Shown here piece by piece: positions 41,468 to 53,519 of a DNA stretch of 64,000 nt (the stretch's first letter is position 1; each line of letters begins with the position of its first letter). A program made the position numbers and the translations under genes. Under the pieces are notes generated by a model. The model had not been told where the DNA came from and did not search any database. It worked only from the letters and a program-made list of their open reading frames with translations. Location: assembly GCA_963663405.2 (NCBI GenBank), contig CAXXSM010000023.1, positions 1-64,000 on the forward strand, written 5' to 3'. Origin of the DNA: a bacterium (GTDB lineage: Bacteria; Hinthialibacterota; Hinthialibacteria; Hinthialibacterales; Hinthialibacteraceae).

Positions 41468-42549
41468 CCCTTTCCTCCCCCTGATGCGGTTAGTAAAACC
41501 CGGTGATCTTCCGGCACAGCGGAAAAGACATCTTCAGAGTGCGTAGCAATGATATATTGATTCTCCGGCGCGATATCATATAAAGACCACATAAATTTCC
41601 GATGCCATTCCGCATTCAGATGAAGCTCTGGTTCATCAATGAGCACAATTCCTGGATTATTTTTTGTGTTATACCATATAAGAAATAATGTGGAAATGAT
41701 CTCTTTTTGACCGGAACTTAAACCATCGAATGTATATGATTCGCTACCATTTTCAGGAGTGATTCTAATATCAACTGTGTTGTTAGCAGCAGGACGTAAC
41801 TTTTCAATTTTTCCACCAGCATAACGAAAAACTAAATCATTTAATTTCATCAGTTCTTCATGCGATTCTTCCATATCAAAATTCTCGAAAAGAGATGCTT
41901 TGCTCATCATATATTTCAAAATCTCAACTTTGAACAAACTAATTGGAAAATCGCTTCTATCTCTATATCTCATTTGTCTCATATATTTATAATCATCCAC
42001 CATCATTCCAAGTTTTGGATTCCCTTCTTGTACTTTCCTATAACTGTGAAAGTATAAAAAGGGAGACAAGATTAATGGTTCTGAATTCAATGCTATTATT
42101 GAATACAAAAAATGCTCTACAAGGTTTTCAATATACTTATTAGGTTTCAATATTGTTTCAAACGGCTTTATATTTCCCTCAAATTTTAATCCTATATCCT
42201 TTGAAAACGTTAATTTTATTTTTATGTCTTTTTCATTTATATCGAAATTTCCTTCAATAATTGCTTTATTCGTTCCAGCACGAATTAATAAATCAAATAT
42301 ATTAATCGGTGTTTCTCTCCACATTGATCTATTGAAATTCTCTTTCCCCAAAAAAACACCAAGAAACAAAAGCGCGCACGCTTCCAACACCGATGTCTTC
42401 CCCACTCCATTTTTGCTGCCCATGGCAAAAACATCGGGATCGTTTTTCATTAATGGAGGAGGGAATTCCAGATCGAGGGAATCGAGCGCTTTGAAATTCT
42501 GTATTTTTAAACGCCGAAGTTTGATCCCCACGTTCTCTTGCTTGGGCAT
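41464..42549 (-). CDS. ABC-type ATPase (AAA_15/AAA_21; AriA-like)
   Basis: IQNFKA, Walker A GSKNGVGKTS, signature LSSGQK, Walker B LIDEPELHL, ATHS. Confidence 0.85.
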   Translation of the reverse strand: MPKQENVGIKLRRLKIQNFKALDSLDLEFPPPLMKNDPDVFAMGSKNGVGKTSVLEACALLFLGVFLGKENFNRSMWRETPINIFDLLIRAGTNKAIIEGNFDINEKDIKIKLTFSKDIGLKFEGNIKPFETILKPNKYIENLVEHFLYSIIALNSEPLILSPFLYFHSYRKVQEGNPKLGMMVDDYKYMRQMRYRDRSDFPISLFKVEILKYMMSKASLFENFDMEESHEELMKLNDLVFRYAGGKIEKLRPAANNTVDIRITPENGSESYTFDGLSSGQKEIISTLFLIWYNTKNNPGIVLIDEPELHLNAEWHRKFMWSLYDIAPENQYIIATHSEDVFSAVPEDHRVLLTASGGGKG

Positions 42550-42667
42550 GATTTGAGTTCCCTTATCGCAGATCGAAAATGATCCGTTTTCTGTTATTAA
42601 TGATCTATGACGCAATGAAAACAGTTCGATGAGAAGAATTCGTGGATTAATCCGGCTTGAATCCGCG

Positions 42668-43552
42668 TCATCCGTCTGTCATTAGAGACAGCATTTCGTC
42701 TTCTAGAGACGTTGTGGTAATAATGAGGACCGATTTGACGGATTCAAAATCGACCGCGGGTTCCACGACCAATCCCTCTTCGGACGTGGCGTCGCTGATA
42801 TAGCCGACAAGAAGATCGCGTGGAAAGACAAATCCCTGCCCAGAGGTCCACACCGCGTTCCCCGGTGAAGGATAGTTGTTCTCGTCTCCCCCAGCGATTA
42901 GATGCTGGTCTTGAAAGATTAATTGTTTTCCCTCTTCCGTCCCACAGACGACACCCTCATACGAGGTGCCTTCCACATAACACCCTACGGCGCTTCCCGG
43001 ATCGGTCAGCGGCATAACCCGCGAGGCGTGCTCTTTCATCCGGATTGTCCGCCCGATTAATCCCTGCGTTGTCCAAACCGGCATATTATTGGACAGCCCA
43101 TCCACCGAACCCCGATTGATAATCAGAGACTGCGTCAACCGTTTCTCCCGGTACCGCACAATCGCCGACACCGCAGGGAAATCCTCTTCATGCGGCATCC
43201 GCAGCGCGTCAAGGTATGACGCATGATCCTTCAGTTTGTATTTCAACTTCGCATTTTCAAGTTTCAACGTCTCCATCTCTTCACGGAGAGCGATCAACTC
43301 TTTTTTAGCCCGGAAATTTTCGAGCAAGCCGGAAATCTGAGAGGAGACAAAATTCCGCACGCTTTGAATCGCGCCGATGGGATAGAGAATTACGCGGGAG
43401 ATCACATTCGAGGACTCCATCCCTTTATCGGACGAATAATAGAGCATCAATAAGACAGAAAGAATGAGTAAAGCAATCCCTAACGTTCGTGGCCGAATCA
43501 GAGAGGATTTCTTCTTTCGGACGGATGTATATCGATTCGATGTGAAAAACAT
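42668..43552 (-). CDS. mreC: Rod shape-determining protein MreC
   Basis: N-terminal TM helix, coiled coil, IINRGSVDG, GLIGR, TSGQGFVFP. Confidence 0.9.
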   Translation of the reverse strand: MFFTSNRYTSVRKKKSSLIRPRTLGIALLILSVLLMLYYSSDKGMESSNVISRVILYPIGAIQSVRNFVSSQISGLLENFRAKKELIALREEMETLKLENAKLKYKLKDHASYLDALRMPHEEDFPAVSAIVRYREKRLTQSLIINRGSVDGLSNNMPVWTTQGLIGRTIRMKEHASRVMPLTDPGSAVGCYVEGTSYEGVVCGTEEGKQLIFQDQHLIAGGDENNYPSPGNAVWTSGQGFVFPRDLLVGYISDATSEEGLVVEPAVDFESVKSVLIITTTSLEDEMLSLMTDG

Positions 43553-43581
43553 AACAATCCGTTTTAAATCAATGAAAGGGA

Positions 43582-44661
<1,080 letters not shown>

Positions 44662-45122
44662 CTAGAATGAGTATGAATACGAACGGGCGCCGGTGGAGCA
44701 GTAATATAAAACTGAATCTCGAAAACGAGCGCATCCGCAGTTACCGCCGCGACTCATTTTCATCTGCAGGTTGTGATCTCGATCATGATGAATTACTAGA
44801 AAGTAACACATACTATTATGACGTTGATCAATCACTCCACCTTCAATCCTTCGCTGGATATTTTTTTATAATACTTAAAACAAAATCGATAGTACATTAT
44901 TTCTCGAAAGAGACTTAACAATCATCCTATTCCGCTAAAGATAATACCTTGAAAACATGATTCCTATAAGTCATAACGCATAAAAAACAATAGTGCGATC
45001 AAACTCTTCACAATAATGTTTGTTATGGTCAATCAATATTCCCCTCGCTTACGATATCGTATAGTATTATAATGGCGTTGTTACGTTAGTTCTGGTAAAA
45101 ATATAATTCTATTCTGTTTTTC

Positions 45123-45152
45123 AAAAAAACCCCCGGAGCAAATCTCCGGGGG
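45123..45152 (-). terminator. Intrinsic terminator downstream of smc
   Basis: CCCCCGGAG-loop-CTCCGGGGG with a T-run on the minus strand. Confidence 0.75.
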
Positions 45153-45364
45153 GTAAGAGATGCACGGGCGCAAAGGCGCCTTATGGAGGCAAGATTAAAT
45201 TTTTCGAACGGAGCGTTCATGATTTTACCCGGATAGATGCGGCAAAATGATCCTAAAACGTGACGCAAGCAAAATGGCTATCTGATAAGTCCATTAAAAC
45301 TTGTATATCTATGGGTAAATCTATTTTTACTGTTTCGTCCCAGATAGAAATAACGATAAAACGC

Positions 45365-48300
45365 TCAAACCGCCACTTCTTCTGGGACCAATTCCTCTTT
45401 TTCTTCTGTGTCCGCCTCTTCTGGATTTGGATCTTTTACTCGATCGATCTTGGAAACGTTCCCTTCTTTGAATTTCATGGAATAAAGGGATGAAACCCCC
45501 TCTTCCGCCATAGTGACACCATACAAAGCGTCACACATTTCCATTGTCTTTTTGCTGTGGGTAATAATGATAAACTGAGACCGGTCGAGGAAATTCCGTA
45601 AAATTGTAGTGAAACGGCAGATATTCGTTTCATCCAACGGCGCGTCGATCTCGTCGAGAAAACAGAAGGGACTCGGTTTGATTTCATAAATCGCAAACAG
45701 AAGAGCCACCGCGACCAACGCTTTCTCTCCACCGGAAAGCAGTGTAATCGATTGCAACTTCTTTCCAGGAGGCTGGACCTCAATCTCGATCCCGGCGTCC
45801 ATTGGATCTCCATCGAGAAGAACGAGTTCGGCGCGCCCTCCGTTGAACATCTTTCGGAACATACGGCTGAAATTCTCTTTGACCACTTCGAATGTCTCCA
45901 AGAATAGTTTCACCGTCGTGCCGTGAAGTTCTTTTGTAGTACTGAGTAAATCCGCCTTCGATTTTTCTAAATCATTCTTCTGCTCTTCAAGAAAATCCCG
46001 CCGTTCTTTCACTTCTTCGTATTCTTCAATGGCGAGTTCATTGACGATTCCCAATTGAGACAAGCGCCGCCGGAAAAATTCAACTTTTTCCTTTATTTCC
46101 GCATCGCTGCGGTCGTCGCGCTCCAATTCCTCCCGGTTCTCAAGAGTAGAGAACGTTTCTTCCAGTTTTTTCTCCCAATATTCTTTTTCCACCGTCAAGC
46201 GCATTTGGTCTTGATCGGATTTCTCTTTCTCTTTTCGGAGGGATTCAAAAAGTTCTTGAAGACCGGATTCTTCTTTTTCCACTTTTTGAATATCGGAGCG
46301 CAATCCCTGATTGATCTCCTCGCATTGGCAAAGTTCCTGCCACAATTCTTCGCGCTCAGTTCGTAATTCCGTAATGGTGTTTTTCGTTTCCTCGATGGCT
46401 TGGCGCGTTTCGAGGCGGCGTTCTTCCTGTTGGGCGGCAAGATGTTTCTTCTCTTCAATTCCTCTCTCCAGTTCATGGAGATGACGTCCAAGAGTCTCAA
46501 TATCCGCTGTCCACCGCTCGTTATCCTTCTGTTTTTCCAGCAGAATCATCCGCTGTTCATTGATCTGTTCTTCAAGCGCTTTCCGTTCTTGCACAATCCG
46601 GTCGATTTTGGTCTGGCATTCAATCAACGCGGTTTCGAGCGCATTTCGTTCTCGTTCGAAACCAGCGGATTGCAGTGTCCGTTCCTGCTCATCCCGCGCG
46701 CCTTCTTCCAATTTCCGGGAGAGGCTCTCATATTCCGTTGAGACTGTTTGCAGAGATTGTTCCACACGCTGGAGTTGCGTCTGTGAGCGTTGGAGTTCTT
46801 CTTTAACCACTTTAAGACGGTTTTTCAGATCCAACGCCGTCTGCCGGACTTCATCCCGCTCCACACTCAACGCGCCGATCTCTTTTTGGATATCCTGCAG
46901 GTGAGAATCCAACCGGGCCCGTTCGCCGTCCAATGTTTGAACGATCTCTTCCAGGCGCGTGATTTCCGATGCGCGGTTCAAGATCTGCGATCCGGTCGAG
47001 TAGCCGCCGATGATACATCCATCGCTGTCGATCACGTCTCCCATTGGCGTTACCAACCGGTACCCAGCGGGGAGATCAGGACGAAGCAGCAACGCATGTG
47101 AGAAATCATCAACCAGATAAACCCGGTCCAAAAGCTGTTGGATGAAAGGCTTGAAGTTATCCTCACAATGAACGAAATCGGCCGCTCGTTTTACTTGCTG
47201 TAAAATAGAGGGAGTTGATTCCGGCTGGTGATTCCCATCTTGTGTAAAAAAGGTCACGCGGCCTTGTTTCTCTGTCCGGAGCCGCTCGATCGCCTGCGCG
47301 ACGGCGTTGTCGGATTTTGTGACGACCGCCTGTAATTTATGAGACAGCGCGGCTTCAATGGCCCGTTCATAACCGGCTTCCGCCTGGATCCGCTCCGCCA
47401 CGGTCCCAACCAGTTCCGATTCCAATCCCGTTTCGTCTCGCAATAAAAAACGAACGCCTTGATCGAAACCTTCCAAATTGGCTTGCAATTCCCGCAGAGA
47501 CTCCAAACGCGAGCGGCTCTGCTGCCACCGCCGTTCACACGCGTTCAAACCGGTTTTCGTCAAGGAAGCCGCTTGGGAAAGATCATCCAATTGTTGGCTA
47601 AGCGACTCGGAACGCTGGTTCACCTCATCGATCTGGGTTTCGAGAAGAATTTCTTCCTGGGCGAGTTCTTCCTGGCTCGTTTGGTGGGTTTGGATCTCCT
47701 GCTGCAGCTGTTCTTTCTCTTCCTGCAGTTTCGATACGCGCGTTGTGAAAAATTCGCGGTCCCGTTCCCAAATACGCTGTTGATTGTTCAGCTCGGTGAT
47801 TTGATTCTCTATTTTAATAAATGCTTCCCGCTTCTCTTTTCCTTCGCTTTCGACCGCAATAAACTCCTGACCGATTCGAGAAAGATCCTGTTCCAATTCA
47901 GAAACCGTCTGGCGAAGGATTTCAATCTCTTGTGTGAGAGACTCGGTTTGTTCCCGCGCGTTTTCAATCCGCTGATTCTCTTCCTCCCACCGTTTTTGAT
48001 CGGCCTCACATTCACCCAGAAGACGAGTGCGCAGCTGTTCGTATTCATTCCCGCGTTCAGACAGATCGTTCAAATGGCGTTCCATTTGTTCGAGGCGCGC
48101 GGTCGACGAGGTGTAAAGATCCCGTTTTTCCTGATTCGCTTCATCCTGTTTTTGCAAGTCTGCAGCCAACGCATGTTTGCGCTGGCGGATTTCAACGATT
48201 TGTCCTTCATAGGTTTGAAGCTGCGCCTGTAAGCCGGTGAGACGAGCCGTCACTTCCTCCAGCCTGGAAAAGAGGGTTTTTCCTGACCGCATGTGAAGCG

Positions 48301-48982
48301 TATATTCCGACTCGTTCAGCTGTTTGCGGTATTTTTTCGCCAATTCCGCCTGTTTGGCTTGCCGTTCCAGAGTCCGGCAGCGCTTCTGGAGTTCAGAAAG
48401 AATGTCATCGATGCGGGTGAGATCCTGCTCTGTGCGCTCCAGTTTCCGCAGCGCTTCATTTTTTCGATGGAGATATCGCGAAACGCCCGCCGCTTCTTCT
48501 AAAATTTCCCGACGGTCCCGTGGTTTCGCGTTGATGATCATATCAACGCGCCCCTGCTCCATTAGTGAATAGGAATTGGTCCCAATCCCTGAATCCAGAA
48601 ACAGATCGGTTACATCTTTCCGGCGGCATTTCGTCCGGTTGATCAAGTATTCGCTATCCCCGTTCCGGTGAAGGCGCCGGGTGATTTGGACTTCTTTATA
48701 TGAAATCGGAAGCAAATCGTCTGTATTGTCAAACACCAAAGAGACTTCGGCCAAACCGGCCGCGGGGCGGGCGGCGGTTCCATTGAAGATCATATCGAGC
48801 ATAACGTTCCCACGAAGCCGCCGTGCGTTTTGTTCGCCCAACACCCAGCGTATGGCGTCCGAAACGTTTGATTTTCCGCATCCGTTCGGACCGATGATCC
48901 CCGTCAACCCTTGATCAAAATCAACTTCGGTTTTCTCAACAAACGATTTAAAACCGGAAACAGTCAATTTACGAAGATACAT
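45365..48982 (-). CDS. smc: Chromosome segregation protein SMC
   Basis: [14 protein letters not shown], long coiled coils with a hinge, [15 protein letters not shown]. Confidence 0.98.
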   Translation of the reverse strand: MYLRKLTVSGFKSFVEKTEVDFDQGLTGIIGPNGCGKSNVSDAIRWVLGEQNARRLRGNVMLDMIFNGTAARPAAGLAEVSLVFDNTDDLLPISYKEVQITRRLHRNGDSEYLINRTKCRRKDVTDLFLDSGIGTNSYSLMEQGRVDMIINAKPRDRREILEEAAGVSRYLHRKNEALRKLERTEQDLTRIDDILSELQKRCRTLERQAKQAELAKKYRKQLNESEYTLHMRSGKTLFSRLEEVTARLTGLQAQLQTYEGQIVEIRQRKHALAADLQKQDEANQEKRDLYTSSTARLEQMERHLNDLSERGNEYEQLRTRLLGECEADQKRWEEENQRIENAREQTESLTQEIEILRQTVSELEQDLSRIGQEFIAVESEGKEKREAFIKIENQITELNNQQRIWERDREFFTTRVSKLQEEKEQLQQEIQTHQTSQEELAQEEILLETQIDEVNQRSESLSQQLDDLSQAASLTKTGLNACERRWQQSRSRLESLRELQANLEGFDQGVRFLLRDETGLESELVGTVAERIQAEAGYERAIEAALSHKLQAVVTKSDNAVAQAIERLRTEKQGRVTFFTQDGNHQPESTPSILQQVKRAADFVHCEDNFKPFIQQLLDRVYLVDDFSHALLLRPDLPAGYRLVTPMGDVIDSDGCIIGGYSTGSQILNRASEITRLEEIVQTLDGERARLDSHLQDIQKEIGALSVERDEVRQTALDLKNRLKVVKEELQRSQTQLQRVEQSLQTVSTEYESLSRKLEEGARDEQERTLQSAGFERERNALETALIECQTKIDRIVQERKALEEQINEQRMILLEKQKDNERWTADIETLGRHLHELERGIEEKKHLAAQQEERRLETRQAIEETKNTITELRTEREELWQELCQCEEINQGLRSDIQKVEKEESGLQELFESLRKEKEKSDQDQMRLTVEKEYWEKKLEETFSTLENREELERDDRSDAEIKEKVEFFRRRLSQLGIVNELAIEEYEEVKERRDFLEEQKNDLEKSKADLLSTTKELHGTTVKLFLETFEVVKENFSRMFRKMFNGGRAELVLLDGDPMDAGIEIEVQPPGKKLQSITLLSGGEKALVAVALLFAIYEIKPSPFCFLDEIDAPLDETNICRFTTILRNFLDRSQFIIITHSKKTMEMCDALYGVTMAEEGVSSLYSMKFKEGNVSKIDRVKDPNPEEADTEEKEELVPEEVAV

Positions 48983-49193
48983 ACTCTGTCCTTATGTACG
49001 AAAATGAGGCGTCTTAATGAGGAGCCAATTTCGTGAATCATTCCCGGTGGGTCGATTAAACGTGACCCACCCTACCGCTCTGACAGCAACAGTATAGCAT
49101 CAGAAAGTCATGAAAAACCAAATCAATCGTGACTGGGAAAGAATATAAAGGAACACGGCTGGATTGTCAACAGCAAAAACGCTATAAAGTGGT

Positions 49194-49293
49194 TTATCCA
49201 CACTCTATCCACAAGATATAGTGCTATCCAATCAAGATTTTAATTCCTGAATCTGTACGACTTACGATTTAGACTCTATCTTTGTTATTCACA
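49194..49293. promoter_or_regulatory. DnaA-box cluster with an overlapping NrdR-box-like palindrome upstream of smc
   Basis: TTATCCACA (49194), CTATCCACA (49205), TTATTCACA (~49285); CACAAGATATAGTG (49210-49223). Confidence 0.5.
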
Positions 49294-49820
49294 ATTAAAT
49301 TTTTTTTTTCTGAAGCGTCTTAAAGTTATTCGTTAATATGCAAATATTCTAGAAATTTGAGGGAATATACAGTATAGAGGGGGTTACTAACATATAATCC
49401 ACAAGATACAGAGTTATATTAAGTATAATTTAATTACTGATATTACTGAACTTATGAACATGCAATCTAGTAAGAATTCACAATCACATTGACAAATGGA
49501 ATTATTGGTGATGAATAGCGGAGAATCGATTCTATTTGGATGTTTTTTGAAGGGGAATTTCTAAAGTGGGTGTGGAATGTGGGTTCATCCATTTAATCTG
49601 GCAAGTTGTTGTACTTGACATGGGGGGTGGTTGATTACCAGGGGAGTAAAAGCCTTGCCCTGGGTACCCGCTCATATAAAACGTGATTATGAAGGTGGTT
49701 TGGGATTATGTTAGGGTAGAGTGAAAAAAGGTATTGGATTAAGGATTTGTTAGTTGCTTATGGATACCCAGCCGAGAAGAATACGCTTGACGTATAGCGG
49801 ATTTTTTGTTATTTTAAATT

Positions 49821-50105
49821 ATGATCCGGAGTTATCGCGATAAAAAAACAGAGCGCTTCGCGGATGGGGAAAGAGTTCAGCAATTTGAGCCGTTCCGCCG
49901 GCAAGCGGAAAAACGGCTTCGCCTCCTTGAAGCGGCAGTCACCTTAGATGATTTGCGTCATTTGCCAGGAAACCGTCTCGAAGCCCTCAAGGGTGATAGA
50001 AAGAGTCAGTACAGCGTTCGGATTAATGACCAGTGGCGCATCTGTTTCGAGTGGCCGGAAGGCGCAGACGGCCCTGAAAATGTGGAAATTGTGGATTATC
50101 ACTGA
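49821..50105 (+). CDS. higB: Type II TA toxin HigB (RelE/ParE superfamily)
   Basis: MIRSYRDK, PGNRLEALKGDRKSQYSVRINDQWRICF, VEIVDYH. Confidence 0.95.
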   Translation: MIRSYRDKKTERFADGERVQQFEPFRRQAEKRLRLLEAAVTLDDLRHLPGNRLEALKGDRKSQYSVRINDQWRICFEWPEGADGPENVEIVDYH

Positions 50106-50118
50106 AAGGAGAATGATT

Positions 50119-50433
50119 ATGGCGCGCACACCGATCCATCCTGGAGAAATTCTTGCCGATGAACTTAACGAACTTGGATTGAGCGCGGCGGGACTTGCGC
50201 GTCTTATTGATGTGCCTGCCAATCGAATCAGTCAGATTATTGCTGGAAAACGCAGTATTACCGCCGACACGGCTTTTCGCCTTGGACGTTACTTTAGAAC
50301 ATCGCCTGATTTATGGATGAATCTTCAAAAAACATATGAACTGGATCTGGAACGGAGTAAAATTGGTCCGATCCTTGAACGGCTTCCACAACGGCCTTTC
50401 GCCAGCCAGATGGAGGAAGCGCAAGGTTTGTAA
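50119..50433 (+). CDS. higA: Antitoxin HigA
   Basis: PIHPGEIL, RISQIIAGKRSITADTAFRLGRYF, WMNLQ..YEL. Confidence 0.95.
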   Translation: MARTPIHPGEILADELNELGLSAAGLARLIDVPANRISQIIAGKRSITADTAFRLGRYFRTSPDLWMNLQKTYELDLERSKIGPILERLPQRPFASQMEEAQGL

Positions 50434-50444
50434 TATAAGGGTTT

Positions 50445-50542
50445 ATCATCTCTTTAATGGGCGCCGTTTAATTTCAGCGCGGAAATCGACTCGTATAGAA
50501 CGAAGGATGTATTGGAATTGGATTGGAGGAAATGAGATATGA
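50445..50542 (+). pseudogene. 3' remnant of a BrnT-family toxin
   Basis: RRLISARKSTRIERRMY matches the BrnT C-terminal motif; the frame ends overlapping the brnA start. Confidence 0.55.
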
Positions 50543-50874
50543 AAAACGAAAAAATCATTCAATATACTTTTGATGAATTGGATCAGAAAAAAGAACGTGG
50601 AGAGTTCCCCGCAACTGATTGGAAGCGTTTGGAAACAATGTCTGATGAGGAACTGGAAAAATCAATTCAAGATGATCCGGATTCCAATCCTTCAATGTCT
50701 CCTGAACATTGGGCGGCGGGGCGTCTCGTCACTCGAAAAAAAGTCAATAAAGTCCCGATAAGCATACGGATCGATCCAGAGGTTTTATCGTGGTACAAAG
50801 CAAAAGGCCATGGGTATCAGACTTTAATGGTGGATGTTTTACGGACGTATGCGAATGCTCATGATAAAACGTGA
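50539..50874 (+). CDS. brnA: BrnA-family antitoxin
   Basis: TDWKRL, KVPISIRIDPEVLSWYKAKGHGYQTLM..VLR. Confidence 0.85.
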   Translation: MKNEKIIQYTFDELDQKKERGEFPATDWKRLETMSDEELEKSIQDDPDSNPSMSPEHWAAGRLVTRKKVNKVPISIRIDPEVLSWYKAKGHGYQTLMVDVLRTYANAHDKT

Positions 50875-51223
50875 TTAGGAGGGTAGTTTGGGATTCTGTT
50901 AGGATAGAATATGGAAAGGTTCCGATGGGAATACCGGTATTTGCAATGGGCGTCCGCGCGTTGGCTTCGCTTTTCGTTAAATGGTGGGAGTTAAAGGTGG
51001 GCTACGCTTCGCTTTTAGCCCACCATACAAGACTAACAAGCGATTGTGCTTGACGTGTGGGTTGGTTAGGGTGGTTGAATGCCAGGGCAGAAAAAAGCCT
51101 TGCCCTGGGTACCCGCAGAAAAAAGTAAAAGCTCCGGCGCAAGCGCCGGTATTTACCCTGGGCGCCCGCGCATGTGTGATTGTATTGAATATTTGTTTTA
51201 CCAATCCTGTTCTGGGGAAGGGG

Positions 51224-52270
51224 TTATCCAAAATAGGTTTGGGATGTTGCGGCGGCGGTGATGTTTTCTTCCAGGTGTTTGAAATTCTGCATATCCGCGT
51301 TTACGACGTCGAGTCCATGTTCGAGGGCGTAGATGTAGGCGCGTTGAAAGGGGCTGAGGGGAGTTTCTTTGAATTTTTTGTCGTAGACTTCATCGAACGC
51401 GGTGGGGTCTCCTTTTCCGGCTGAACTCATCGGCGCCAGATAGCGAACTGTTTTCATTCCGATCAGGCCGATTCCCGCGTCACGGGATTTATTTAAGATG
51501 TTCTGAAGTTTACTCAATACCGGCGTGCCTTCTTCAAGGCTTTTTGTGTCCCAGTCGTACCATCCAGAGGGGGTAACGCCGATCATGGCGAGATCGTACC
51601 ATCCTGTTTCGATCGCCGCTTCTAATGTTTTGGCGGCGTTCTTGTGTGTGCTTATGCCGAAATGGCCGACTTTTCCAGCGGATTTGGCATCGAGAAACGC
51701 TTGATAAATCTCTTCACTTTGAATCACGGCTGGATTGTTGACCGCCATTAGATAGTAGGCGTCGACGTAATCGGTTTGGAGATCTTTTAGACTTGCGTTT
51801 AATAGTTTGGTCCAAAATTTGGCCGCTGTTTTGGCCTGTTCGAGGGTGATCGATTCATCCGGTTTCACTCGAAGGGAGGCGAGGGGGGCTTTGGAAGCGA
51901 CCCAGATTTCGTCTCTGTGCGCTTTCATGAATGGGGCCAGGGTTCGTTCGCTTTGTTTGTAATATATATCCGATCCGATATCGTAGTGATTGATTCCCAC
52001 TTCGAAGGCGCGGTCAAGCAGCCGGACTCCTTTTCCACCAGCTAATGCGGCCCCGCAGCCAAAGACCAACCGGCTGGACATGAAGTTGGTCCGGCCCAGT
52101 TTACGGTATGTCATCGATGACCGCTCGTTCCGGTGAATCAGAGTTGGCTCTTTGGGCGCGGTTTCCGCCTTTTGGATTGCCGCTGGAAAGAGGATGGAAG
52201 TACTTGCTATCGCTGAAAGTTTGGCGAATTCGCGTCTGTCCATAGAACCGAGGTTTTTGGTTTCGTTCAT
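51224..52270 (-). CDS. Tat-exported aldo/keto reductase
   Basis: MDRREFAK twin-Arg signal; MTYRKLGRT, SLKDLQTDYVD, GKVGHFGISTH. Confidence 0.85.
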   Translation of the reverse strand: MNETKNLGSMDRREFAKLSAIASTSILFPAAIQKAETAPKEPTLIHRNERSSMTYRKLGRTNFMSSRLVFGCGAALAGGKGVRLLDRAFEVGINHYDIGSDIYYKQSERTLAPFMKAHRDEIWVASKAPLASLRVKPDESITLEQAKTAAKFWTKLLNASLKDLQTDYVDAYYLMAVNNPAVIQSEEIYQAFLDAKSAGKVGHFGISTHKNAAKTLEAAIETGWYDLAMIGVTPSGWYDWDTKSLEEGTPVLSKLQNILNKSRDAGIGLIGMKTVRYLAPMSSAGKGDPTAFDEVYDKKFKETPLSPFQRAYIYALEHGLDVVNADMQNFKHLEENITAAATSQTYFG

Positions 52271-52327
52271 TTTGAACCCTTGAAAAACTGTATTCTCTTT
52301 GATTTTGTCTTCATTATCATCTATCTC

Positions 52328-53257
52328 TTAGCCGTTGTCGAGTTGTTTCCATAGGATGATGGCGGCTCGAAGGGCCTGGCCTCGCTTTTCTACCGATGTC
52401 ACACCTGCAAGACAAAATCCTTTTTGGAAGATGATGTCGTAGTACGATCCCATATCACAGATGATCAATTCAACGCCGTTTATGGCTAGGCGTTCCACTT
52501 TTTTACCGTATTGTTTCGCATAGGCGGCGTATTGGTCTATGACAGACTGGATTGATTCTTGTGAATCCAGGCGGGAGAGAAAGACTGAAACGGGGCCGTT
52601 ATCAATTTTGTACTGGGCTGTGTATGTGTTGCGCATGAAATCGAGTCCTAGCGCGTCGGTGAGGAAATATTGGATGGAATTTTGGATAAGACCGTCTTTG
52701 GGGAGGGCGTTCAGTCCCCAGACTGGTTCCCCGGTTTCCACGAGGAAATCCGTTGTTTGACGGGCTAAATCCAAACAGATTTGCCGGAGTTCAGGAGTAT
52801 CATCCGAGGCGATGATTTGGATGTAATATTGGCCTTTCCAGATGTAGCAATTTGCGCTCGATTGGTAGGCGGCGCGGCCGAAATCGAGAGGCGGCGCGTC
52901 GATTGATCGCTCTCCTGAAAACACGCCGAACGCGTTGGTCGGCGTTCCCATATTGTAAATCGAGAGATCGATGAAGTGGTCGTTTCGTCCGATTTTTTCG
53001 AAACTGGCGAACCATAATTCGATTGCATCGAACGCGATATAGTATTCCGCGCGTCCGTTGATTTGTTCGTAGAGGTTCTCGGGTGTGAATCGCAGAACTC
53101 GATCGCTGAGAGTCCATCCATTTGGAGTGAGAGCCGTTATACGTTCGGAAATGTTTTCACGCGTTGTTTTAGTTATGTCCTGATGGCCGCATGAGATGAC
53201 GGTGTATAGGATTATGTGGATTGTGATGATGGTTGTTGTTTTGTTGATGGATTTCAT
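52328..53257 (-). CDS. DUF6599-like putative lipoprotein
   Basis: Lipobox-like ISC; NLYEQINGRAEYY, IYNMGTPTNAFGVFS. Confidence 0.65.
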   Translation of the reverse strand: MKSINKTTTIITIHIILYTVISCGHQDITKTTRENISERITALTPNGWTLSDRVLRFTPENLYEQINGRAEYYIAFDAIELWFASFEKIGRNDHFIDLSIYNMGTPTNAFGVFSGERSIDAPPLDFGRAAYQSSANCYIWKGQYYIQIIASDDTPELRQICLDLARQTTDFLVETGEPVWGLNALPKDGLIQNSIQYFLTDALGLDFMRNTYTAQYKIDNGPVSVFLSRLDSQESIQSVIDQYAAYAKQYGKKVERLAINGVELIICDMGSYYDIIFQKGFCLAGVTSVEKRGQALRAAIILWKQLDNG

Positions 53258-53519
53258 TGTTTTGGACCGAAGATTCAATTTGGGTTTTGGATAGAATAAT
53301 GGTTGGATTGGGGATTGGGAATGGCTTAAGGGGGAATATGCCAGGGCAGAAATGAAGAGGGAAGGGAATCTTCGGCAAACTCGCATAGTATTAATTGGTA
53401 AAGTTTTTTTTGGTTGGCGTATATTTTTAATTCCGGATTCCATTTATTTTTGTAAAATCGCGGGATGGATATATATAAAATCGCGGATTGGATTTTTATA
53501 AAAACGCGGGTATAATTTT

